From an uncultured delta proteobacterium (GTDB lineage Bacteria; Desulfobacterota; RBG-13-43-22), in contig CAWGEQ010000050.1 of the NCBI GenBank assembly GCA_963821645.1, positions 174 to 64,173 of the forward strand: a stretch of DNA of 64,000 nt, in the 5' to 3' direction. Under the pieces are notes generated by a model. The model was not told the DNA's origin. It did no database searches and saw nothing but the letters and a program-made list of their open reading frames with translations. A program made the translations under genes and the position numbers. Shown here in pieces: positions 49,786 through 57,712 of the stretch (within the stretch, counting starts at the first letter, position 1; each line of letters starts with the position of its first letter).

Positions 49786-50217
49786 TTAGAATTTTTCGGG
49801 GGAAACGGTAAACCCCTCTTTGTGGGCCGCCGCCCGTAAATTATGATCAAGGCAAATGATCACTTGGTCCTTGGGGGATTCTTCCGCCCATATTAAGGCG
49901 GCTGAAAGTTGAAAGGCATCCGCCGTTCTCAGAGGATGAACCATTATAAGTCTCTCCGCCCGTTGTCGAAGGCGTTCACCGGGTTGGACCTCTGACCATT
50001 CGGCAGATAAGATGTTAAGAATAGCTGTTGCTTTGATCGCCTCTTCCGGAGAAAGCACCCCTTCCCGCCGTCTCCTGGCTAAAGCGGACTGGCATTCAAC
50101 TCGTGTCGCCCACCAGACCATCATATCTTCATCGGCTTTAATCAGGCGTGTTATGGTTTCAGACCAGGGTTCTTTGAGGCAGAGAGGAATGATGGCTGAA
50201 GAATCCCAGAATTTCAC
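49786..50217 (-). CDS. vapC: PIN-domain toxin VapC
   Basis: The GTG start overlaps the antitoxin stop (GTGA). The N-terminal FWDSSAIIPL (PIN Asp) and later acidic residues are present. The longer ORF to 50292 overlaps the antitoxin. Confidence 0.8.
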   Translation of the reverse strand: MKFWDSSAIIPLCLKEPWSETITRLIKADEDMMVWWATRVECQSALARRRREGVLSPEEAIKATAILNILSAEWSEVQPGERLRQRAERLIMVHPLRTADAFQLSAALIWAEESPKDQVIICLDHNLRAAAHKEGFTVSPEKF

Positions 50218-50504
50218 CGGCCTTCCTCCCGCTCCTCCAGGAGGGCCGAACGGATAAGTCCTTTGGGGTCCTCCGGCTTGGGTATGGTCCAAAAATTCTT
50301 TGGGAGTTTTCCCGAGCCCAGTTTAATTAAGCCTTGCTTTTCTATTTTGGCCAGTGATTCCCTTGGGTTTTTTTGGCGGGAAAGGGGGACTAACCGAGCC
50401 ACTGGTTTTCCGTGGTCAGTGATCAAGATCTCGGACCCCGCCTTTACCTGGTTTAAATAATCACTTAAATGGGCCTTTAATTTGGAGACAGCCGCTGTTT
50501 TCAC
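50214..50504 (-). CDS. Phd/YefM-type antitoxin
   Basis: 96 aa starting MKTAAVSKLKAHLSDYLNQVKAGSEILITDHGKPVARLVPL, the typical Phd/YefM N-terminal fold. Confidence 0.8.
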   Translation of the reverse strand: MKTAAVSKLKAHLSDYLNQVKAGSEILITDHGKPVARLVPLSRQKNPRESLAKIEKQGLIKLGSGKLPKNFWTIPKPEDPKGLIRSALLEEREEGR

Positions 50505-50528
50505 CTTTCCCTCGCACTCAAAATTTAG

Positions 50529-50562
50529 TGACTATATTAGTCATAATAAATTGACCTGTCAA
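50529..50562 (-). promoter_or_regulatory. Sigma-70 promoter with overlapping palindromic operator for the TA operon
   Basis: Minus strand reads TTGACA (50562..50557), a 17-nt spacer, then TAATAT (50539..50534). The palindrome TGACTA-tat-TAGTCA (50529..50543) overlaps the -10. Confidence 0.6.
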
Positions 50563-50840
50563 TACCATTTTTTATCCCGATACAATCTCAACCATTTAGG
50601 AAAAGGATACCTCCCCCACATCAATACCCCAAAATCCCCGGTTCATACCAATCCGCCCTTTTCACCAATTGATCTGCTGTTTTCCATATCGCAGTTTACT
50701 GGGTCCATACGCTTCTCCTCTGGATAACCGGCAGCATCGGCATTGAACAATTAACCCTATAAGAACATAAATTAGATATTGAACAACTCTGTTCATGTAA
50801 TAATATCAGATAGTTTTATTAGGAAAATCCGGATTTGACA

Positions 50841-50869
50841 TTGACAATCCCGGAACTTCCTGATATTAA
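50841..50869 (+). promoter_or_regulatory. Candidate sigma-70 promoter for the island genes
   Basis: TTGACA (50841..50846), a 17-nt spacer, then TATTAA (50864..50869), about 40 nt upstream of ATG 50907. Confidence 0.4.
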
Positions 50870-50906
50870 AAGGAAACTATTCAATATATTGTTGGGAGAA
50901 AGATCG

Positions 50907-51386
50907 ATGAAAATAATTAATATTTACGGCATTATTTGTTTCGTGATTCTTTCACTATTCGCCACTCAAGCATGGCCGGAAAATATTCTCAATTCTGATT
51001 CCGATTACAGCATAAAAATCGCGGTTACAATCAATCGAGATAATTCTATAATGGGAAAATTGGAGTATTCTACCCATACGCCTCAGTATCCTCTTCAGTT
51101 GGTGACTTTTAATCCGATTGGTGGCGTGATTCACGCTGAACCATATCTCTTTGAACTCCTTGAAAAGACGATTATTTCAAAAAACGTACACAGAATTAAA
51201 TGTCGCAGCATAAATGATAAATATGGGGCTGGTTCGCTGGTTATGGGGACCATTGATTTCCGCGATGAGCTTCAGCCCAAAGTGCATTTAGTGAATGAGA
51301 ATGGGTATACTTATATTGGTAACATAACGAAAAAGGGGAAAGAGACGCAGATGAAATACATACCAAATGTTTGGTTGGGACATTAA
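50907..51386 (+). CDS. Hypothetical secreted protein (signal peptide), AT-rich gene
   Basis: ATG 50907 is preceded by GGGAGAAAG. The N-terminus MKIINIYGIICFVILSLFATQAWP looks like a signal peptide. I recognise no family. Confidence 0.5.
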   Translation: MKIINIYGIICFVILSLFATQAWPENILNSDSDYSIKIAVTINRDNSIMGKLEYSTHTPQYPLQLVTFNPIGGVIHAEPYLFELLEKTIISKNVHRIKCRSINDKYGAGSLVMGTIDFRDELQPKVHLVNENGYTYIGNITKKGKETQMKYIPNVWLGH

Positions 51387-51481
51387 TTCAGATTCGTTGT
51401 TCCCGACTGAACATCCCAACCAGTCAATCCAGCTGACGTCTTACAGCTGCGGCTGATCTTGTTGGGCATTTGGAACAAGTA

Positions 51482-52534
51482 ATGAGAATTACGAAATCTC
51501 AGTTGGTAGAGAAACCAGAGAATTGGGGCCGCCATGTCGTTATACTGGGAGCCGGGGCCAGTGTCGCAGCGTTTCCCCAGGGTGACGCCAGTGGACGAAA
51601 GCTACCGACGATGGATGGCTTAATCGAAATGCTTGGCCTTGAGCCAGTATTGAAAACAGGAGGGGTCAAGAATACCCGGCGTAACTTTGAAAACATCTAT
51701 AGCGAGTTATATGAAATTGATCCTGGGTTGCCTATTCTGAGAGAAATCGAGGCCATCATATACGCGTATTTTGACAAACTGCGGCTCCCGGAAACATCAA
51801 CTCTCTATGACTATTTGTTGATGTCACTTCGGCCTAAAGATGTGGTCGCAACATTTAACTGAGACCCATTCCTCTTCGACGCTTGGAACCGAATGAAGGA
51901 TAGTGTCCCAGTTCCAAAGATTGTTCACCTTCATGGTAATGTTCGTGTGGCGTATTGCCCGGATCACCCTACCTACGGTGAGCACGGTATGTATTGTCCA
52001 ACATGTGATAGAGAGCTTGTTCCTTCTCGACTGCTCTACCCCGTGGCAATGAAGAACTACGTTGACGACCCCTTTATCAAAACAGAATGGGAAGTTCTGA
52101 AGAAGGCACTGCGTCAGGCAAGGACGTTGACGATCTTTGGCTATGGCGCTCCGACCACAGACAAAGAGGCAGTTGATATCCTGAATGACGCATGGGACAA
52201 GTCCAAGCGCTTAATCGAGAGAACCGAGATCGTTGACATAAAAGAGAAGGAGGTTCTGTGGAAGCAGTGGGACGCTTTCATTGTAAGAACCTATCTTGAT
52301 TGCCCTGGAAATTTCTATAAATCACGGTTGGCGACCTATCCCAGGAGGACTTGCGAAGCCTTGCGAGATCAGACTTTTTATGGTCTATGGGTCGAGGAAA
52401 ACCCATTTCCAGTGAATGCCGGATTTAATGAATTACTGTCCTGGGTGAAGCCGTTAGTTGAGGCAGAGAACAATGTAGGAAAGCCCAACAACCAAGGAGA
52501 TTCGGACGAAGGAGCCGTCGTCACACAAAAATGA
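51482..52534 (+). CDS. SIR2-like (SIR2_2-type) protein interrupted by one in-frame TGA at 51860..51862
   Basis: ORFs 51470..51862 and 51893..52534 share one frame. The motifs are VILGAGAS, TFN*DPF, HLHG, YCPDH...YCPTC and IFGYGAP, in the order expected for a SIR2 Rossmann fold with a Zn knuckle. Confidence 0.6.
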
Positions 52535-52655
52535 GCTTTCCGATACTATCAAAGTCAAAAACGGCCCAACCACCGGCTCGACCCGAACAAAATGCGGTCG
52601 GGTCAGCCGGGGCGTTATGTGAGAATAGTTAGATACACCATAGAACCGAGGAGGC

Positions 52656-53294
52656 ATGATGTTCAGGAATCTAATTCTTGGTCTGGATCCTGGCGGAAAA
52701 AACCGCTTTGGCTGGTGTATATCAGAGGATACGGACTGCCTTCCGTTGTCGATTCTGCACCGTGGAGTGGCCAGTCATGCTCAAGGAGCCATAGATGCAG
52801 CATTACGTCTTGGTGGGACCGGCAGGATCGCGGGAGCGGGAATTGATTCGCCACTATTCTGGACTCCAGACGGTGACCGAAAGGTAGACAAGCTCCTTCG
52901 GCAAAGCATCCGTCGTAAAGGAGGCCCGACGAGCACTGTAATGAGCGTAAATTCACTTCAGGGCGCTTGTCTTGTCCAGGGAGTTATAGCCGGTCAATTG
53001 ATCCGAAAACGGTTTTCTGATGCACGCATAACCGAGGCCCATCCCAAGGCCTTGCTGTGGCTTCTCGGTCTTGCAAACACCGAAACACCAGTTAATGACG
53101 TATCTCCCTCGGCGCTCTCCGGGTTTGTAGCTTTTGATTCAAGGATTTCCGAGCACGAACGGGACGCTGCGCTTGGAGCGCTTACCGCTTGGGCCATGCT
53201 GCATGTTTATGAAGGGTGGAGAGACATCTCCAAAGATGAGAGCGGCGCTATGCACCCGTGGGACACACCAGTCTCCTATTGGATGCCGGTATAA
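52656..53294 (+). CDS. DUF429-like predicted RNase-H-fold nuclease
   Basis: 212 aa with the RBS GAGGAGG. Contains LGLDPGG (N-terminal Asp), ITEAHPKALLWLLGL and EHERDAALGALTAW, a D-E-D pattern like RuvC/DUF429. Assigned from memory of the family. Confidence 0.5.
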   Translation: MMFRNLILGLDPGGKNRFGWCISEDTDCLPLSILHRGVASHAQGAIDAALRLGGTGRIAGAGIDSPLFWTPDGDRKVDKLLRQSIRRKGGPTSTVMSVNSLQGACLVQGVIAGQLIRKRFSDARITEAHPKALLWLLGLANTETPVNDVSPSALSGFVAFDSRISEHERDAALGALTAWAMLHVYEGWRDISKDESGAMHPWDTPVSYWMPV

Positions 53295-53319
53295 GAGGAA
53301 GGATATTTTGGAACCAACA

Positions 53320-53520
53320 TAACCGCTGGGTCCACCCAATCGCCCATACGGCGGGCTCTGGGTGACCCTGGCGTTGGCGCCGCTTGCGGCGTCGCCCCTA
53401 TCGGGTCCATGTCCCGGCCGGCTCCGCCTACGGCTGCGCCAACCAGGCCATTGGACCTCGATGTCCCTTGCTCGCCTGGGTCTTCGGCCCCAGCAAGCTT
53501 TGGGCCACGGGTCAACGCCG
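53320..53520. other. GC-rich non-coding element with several stable hairpins (possible structured RNA)
   Basis: There is no convincing ORF in any frame. Hairpins lie at 53328..53368 (10-bp stem enclosing CGCC/GGCG), 53376..53393 (7 bp, CTTG loop) and 53476..53493 (TTCG loop). Confidence 0.35.
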
Positions 53521-53589
53521 AATTGTACGACGGAAAAATGTAAAAGCGTAAAAGTTTAAAGGGGACTTCGTTGTTAAATTGCATTACAC

Positions 53590-54571
53590 TTAATTGGTTT
53601 CCCAATCCCAGAGGAGTCGCAGGACAAAAACCATTAATGCCATTACCAGAGATGAGCCATAAACAATCATAACCGTTTTTTTATAATCCGCCAGGGTAAT
53701 CTCCGAGCGATCGTCTCCCAAATAGGGTTTATCGCACTTCTCTCCGTCATAAAAAGCCGGTCCCCCTAATTGGATTTGCAAGGCCCCGGCCAAGGCCGCT
53801 TCAGGGATGGCGGCGTTGGGACTCTCGGATTTGCCGCCGTCCCGCTTGTCGGATGCGCCAGGCCTCTTCGAAGGAAAGCCCAAGGGGCCAGGCCAGGAGG
53901 CAAATCAAGAGACCGGTGATTCGGGCCGGGATATAATTAAGAAGATCATCCAGACGGGCCGAGGCCCAGCCGAAGTGGAGATAGCGATTGTCTTTATAAC
54001 CTACCATGGAATCGAGGGTGCTGACCGTCTTAAAGGCCATGGCCAGAGGAACCCCTCCCAGAAGAAGATAGAACAGAGGGGCGATAATCCCGTCGGAAAG
54101 GTTTTCCGCCAGGGTCTCCAGGACCGCCTTCAAGATCTCCGGATAGGTCAGGTGTTCGGTGTCACGCCCGACGATGCGGCTTAAATTTTTTCTGGCTTCG
54201 GAAACCCGGCCATCTTTCAGGGCCTTCACTACCCGGGCCGCTTCCTGATGAAGGGAGCGGGTGGCCAAAGTGGTGTAGGCAAGGACAATGACGAGCAAAG
54301 ACCCGACCCAGGGATGGATGGCCTTTGCGCCTTCGATCAACCAAAAGGTACCGGCAAAAATTCCTGCCGGCAAACCAATGGCCAACAAACACCCGGCCGC
54401 CTTTTCCCAGGCAGGGCGGGAAGAGGGCCAACGCAGCATTTTCTCAAAAATTCGAATTAAAAATCCGATACCCCGAACCGGATGGGGAAAATATTTTGGA
54501 TCGCCCAGGGCCAGATCCAGAAGATAGGCCAGGGCAAATTGATAGGCGTTCAAAGGTGATACAACTTCCAA
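53590..54571 (-). pseudogene. cbiB: Adenosylcobinamide-phosphate synthase CbiB/CobD, frame broken by one extra base
   Basis: The N-terminal ORF is a typical CbiB membrane protein. The C-terminal ORF carries SPNAAIPEAALAGAL.IQLGG. They join if one base is dropped near the GGG run (plus 53841..53843). The span is 3n+1. Confidence 0.88.
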
Positions 54572-54595
54572 AGAATCAATGAGTTCTAAAATAAA

Positions 54596-54660
54596 CGAAC
54601 ATCGAATTTCGAATGTACGGAATTTGAATCATGAAGTGTTTTGTTTTTACCTTCCTTCGA
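54596..54660. repeat. Intergenic repeat family B, copy 2 (inverted)
   Basis: The reverse complement contains TCGAAGGAAGGTAAAAACAAAACACTTCATGATTC...TTCGAAATTCGATGTTCG, matching 19750..19800. Confidence 0.7.
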
Positions 54661-54712
54661 CGTTCATGAATTCGATCATTCGATTTTGACATTTCCATGC
54701 TTCTCGACACCT

Positions 54713-55474
54713 TCATGAAAAAGCCTGCTTCAATTCTACCAGCAGGTCTTCCATCCGCTGAAATCTCTTCCCCGAAAAGACTTCGGGCCGTTCTATGACT
54801 ACCACCTGGCAATGTTCCTGTCTGGCGGCTTCCAACTTGTTCAAGACCCCGCCGGGAAGACCGCTGTCTTTGGTGACCAGGACCCCTATGGAATATTTTT
54901 TGATCGCTTCTTTATTATCCTCAACAGAAAATGGTCCTCGTCCGAAGAGAATATGATCCTCCTCTATCCCGGCCTGACGGCAGGCCTCAACGGAACCTGG
55001 ATGGGAAAGGACCCGGACCCATAAAGGAGTCTTCGTTTGTGCGCTCTTTCGAACGTAGGGCTCCAAATTACGGGAACCGGTGGTCAGCAATACCGGTCTG
55101 TCGATGGAAAAGGCCAGGGAGGCCGCTTGTTCATGATCCTTGGCGAATAAGAAACCCTGATCCGTGGGGACCACTGGCGGACGGTCCCATAAAAAATAGG
55201 GGGTGGCCAATTCCTCGGCTGTTTTTTGGGCGAGAGTTTTTATTTGTTGGGCATAGGGGTGGGTGGCATCGACAACGGCCCGGATTCCCTGGGAACGAAT
55301 CAGACGGGTCAATTCCCCCTCATCCAGACCCCCTTGTCTCCTGGATATCAAGGGATGATTCTCAAAGTCCAGGGGAACATCCGTGGCTGTAGAGACCAGT
55401 ACCGGATATCCCTGCTCGGCCAGTTGGGAGGCCAGGGAAACAGATTCACTGGTTCCCCCCAAGAGCAGGATCAT
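54713..55474 (-). CDS. cbiJ: Cobalt-precorrin-6A reductase CbiJ/CobK
   Basis: 253 aa starting MILLLGGTSES, matching the CbiJ family. Lies within the cbi cluster. Confidence 0.85.
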   Translation of the reverse strand: MILLLGGTSESVSLASQLAEQGYPVLVSTATDVPLDFENHPLISRRQGGLDEGELTRLIRSQGIRAVVDATHPYAQQIKTLAQKTAEELATPYFLWDRPPVVPTDQGFLFAKDHEQAASLAFSIDRPVLLTTGSRNLEPYVRKSAQTKTPLWVRVLSHPGSVEACRQAGIEEDHILFGRGPFSVEDNKEAIKKYSIGVLVTKDSGLPGGVLNKLEAARQEHCQVVVIERPEVFSGKRFQRMEDLLVELKQAFS

Positions 55475-56187
55475 AGACTATACCCTCTGGGGGTGATAAA
55501 CCAGCCCTTGAGATTTATGGAGGATTTATTCCCCACGATGAGAATACTCCTCATGGAGATGTCAAAGTCCAGGCAATGAGCCAGGTCGGTTAAAATAAAA
55601 TGTTCCTCATCGGTTCCTATGGCAGTAGCAATCCCTACCGGCGTGGTCCCCGGACGGAAGCCTTTAAATATGTCGACGGCCTCTTCCAATTGTCTTATCC
55701 GCTTTTTGCTCCTGGGATTGTAGAGGACCGTCGCCAGGTCGGCCTGGGCCACGGCCTCCAGGCGCTTCAGGATGGTTTCCCAGGGAACCAGGAGGTCACT
55801 CAGACTGATGCAGGCATAGTCAAGCATGATCGGGGCGCCCAACTTGGCCGCAGCGGCATTCGAGGCCGAGACACCGGGAACAATCTCAATGGGGAGGTCC
55901 ATTCCTTCCGCGGCGGACAGCTCCAGGGCCAGGCCGGCCATGCCGTAAATACCGGGGTCCCCGGAAGAGATCAGGGAAACCTGGTTTCCTTCCTGGGCCC
56001 GTCTAAGAGCGATCAGGCAGCGTTCTTTTTCCTGACGCATCCCCGAGGAAATGATCTCCTTGCCCGGGGTCAGGTCTTTAATCAGCTCCAAATAACGGGC
56101 ATAGCCCACGACAATGGTGCTTTGTCCAATGGCCTTCTCGGCCCGAAGAGTTCGGTCTAACGGTCCTCCGGGACCGATGCCGACCAC
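55471..56187 (-). CDS. cbiH: Cobalt-precorrin-3B C17-methyltransferase CbiH
   Basis: Tetrapyrrole methylase fold (VVGIGPGG, SSGDPGIYGMA). GTG start. Confidence 0.85.
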   Translation of the reverse strand: MVGIGPGGPLDRTLRAEKAIGQSTIVVGYARYLELIKDLTPGKEIISSGMRQEKERCLIALRRAQEGNQVSLISSGDPGIYGMAGLALELSAAEGMDLPIEIVPGVSASNAAAAKLGAPIMLDYACISLSDLLVPWETILKRLEAVAQADLATVLYNPRSKKRIRQLEEAVDIFKGFRPGTTPVGIATAIGTDEEHFILTDLAHCLDFDISMRSILIVGNKSSINLKGWFITPRGYSL

Positions 56188-56957
56188 AAAAAGTTTTCCC
56201 TGGCGATGGCGATGGTCACCCCGTTGAAGATCTTCTTGGGTAGAATTAATTGGGTCCTCCTTCCTGCCAATAAAGCCGAGGCTTCGGCCACGGACGGCAG
56301 ATTGACTTTCTTTTTTACAAACTCCGAGTGTTCAAAGGCTTTGATGGTGGTGCGTATCTCCTGGGAAGCGATAAACCGCAAAGGAACCTCCAACCGTTTG
56401 GCCGCTTCAATAAGGCCTTTTTCATCGGACTTGATATCGGCCGAGGCCAGATAACGGACCTGGTCGATTCCCACAGCGCTTTCCTCCAGAGCGGTCTTAA
56501 CGGCTGTCATGATGACTTCCGCCCCGGCACCCCGTCGGCAGCCGATCCCGACTATCACTGATTTAAGGGCCTCGGTAGAGGTGGTGATAATCGGTTCGGC
56601 CCCCAGGATGTTGCCGACTAAAAGGGCCAGATCGTTGGCCCCGCCCTCGTGGCCGCTGAGCAGGCTTATAGCGAATCTCCCCCCCACATCCACTACTACC
56701 GCTGCCGGGTCTTGGGTTTTATGGTGAAGATAGGGGGCCAGGCTCCTGACCGCGACCCCGGCCGGCATCACATAGATTAATCCTTCATATTGGAAAAAAA
56801 TCTCTTTGGTCAGGGTCAAAATGCTGTCAAATCGTTTAGCCGGCAATGGCCATGAGACCTGACGGTGTAAAAAGACCTCTCCCTCGGGTAAGGCCTTCTT
56901 TAGATAAAAGACCAGGGCAGCCCCTTCCTTTGAGAGGCTGATCAAGGCCACTTTCAT
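56157..56957 (-). CDS. cbiG: Cobalt-precorrin-5A hydrolase CbiG
   Basis: 266 aa with CbiG N- and C-terminal domains (GIGCRRG). Lies between cbiF and cbiH. Confidence 0.8.
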   Translation of the reverse strand: MKVALISLSKEGAALVFYLKKALPEGEVFLHRQVSWPLPAKRFDSILTLTKEIFFQYEGLIYVMPAGVAVRSLAPYLHHKTQDPAAVVVDVGGRFAISLLSGHEGGANDLALLVGNILGAEPIITTSTEALKSVIVGIGCRRGAGAEVIMTAVKTALEESAVGIDQVRYLASADIKSDEKGLIEAAKRLEVPLRFIASQEIRTTIKAFEHSEFVKKKVNLPSVAEASALLAGRRTQLILPKKIFNGVTIAIARENFLWSASVPEDR

Positions 56958-57712
56958 GACTGGTTCCCTTGGCGAAAGCCATGGCTGAATCCCTGGTCAT
57001 AAAGTTTGGAGGCCGGAATATCCCGGGCCAAGGCCTGTCCCACCAGGATCAGGGCAGTTTTTCGGATTCCCGATGTGCGCACCTTTTCCGGGAGGTCCAC
57101 CAAGGTCCCCCGGATGATTTGTTGATCCGGCCAGGAACTGCGGTAGACGACGGCGGCCGGACAATCAGGCCCGTAATAGGGGGCCAGGGTTTCAACAATG
57201 GATCCCAGGCGGTCTATGGAAAGAAAGATGCACAGCGTGGCCTTCAAACGGGCCAAGGCATCCAGTTCCTGCTCCTTGGGCATGGGTGTGCGTCCGGAGG
57301 TTCTGGTCAGGATGATGGTCTGAGATACTTCCGGTGCGGTGAGTTCTGTCTTTAAGGCCGCGGCAGCGGCCTGAAAGGAACTGACTCCGGGAACGACCTC
57401 ATAATCGATATCCAATTTATCCAGTTCGTTCATCTGTTCCCGGATGGCCCCATAGATAGAGGGGTCTCCGGAATGGAGACGGATGACGTCCAGGCCCTGG
57501 TCCCTGGCCTGAAGGCATAGGGCAATAATTTCTTTCAGAGATAATCCGGCTGAATCATATTTTTGAGCCTTATCCGGCAACAACCGAAGGACCTCGGGGC
57601 TGACTAAGGAACCGGCATAGAGGCAATACTGACAATTTTTTAAAAGTTTCTCGGCCTTAACGGTCAACAGCTCAGGGTCTCCAGGGCCGGCGCCCACAAA
57701 ATGGACCTTCAT
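56954..57712 (-). CDS. cbiF: Cobalt-precorrin-4 C11-methyltransferase CbiF
   Basis: Starts MKVHFVGAGPGDPELLTVKA and carries LHSGDPSIYGA, a tetrapyrrole methylase. Confidence 0.88.
   Translation of the reverse strand: MKVHFVGAGPGDPELLTVKAEKLLKNCQYCLYAGSLVSPEVLRLLPDKAQKYDSAGLSLKEIIALCLQARDQGLDVIRLHSGDPSIYGAIREQMNELDKLDIDYEVVPGVSSFQAAAAALKTELTAPEVSQTIILTRTSGRTPMPKEQELDALARLKATLCIFLSIDRLGSIVETLAPYYGPDCPAAVVYRSSWPDQQIIRGTLVDLPEKVRTSGIRKTALILVGQALARDIPASKLYDQGFSHGFRQGNQS

Noticed and set aside
51860-51920. Selenocysteine recoding of the TGA in the SIR2-like gene
   Set aside because: I can fold no fdhF-like hairpin with a GGUC-type loop directly downstream. The position corresponds to an aromatic residue in the family motif, not a redox Cys.
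53276-53605. 109-aa minus-strand ORF and the 65-aa plus-strand ORF 53362..53559 across the GC-rich block
   Set aside because: The translations are low-complexity Ala/Gly/Pro/Arg strings, typical of random ORFs in GC-rich DNA. They overlap each other and the ends of the neighbouring genes. I treat the region as non-coding.
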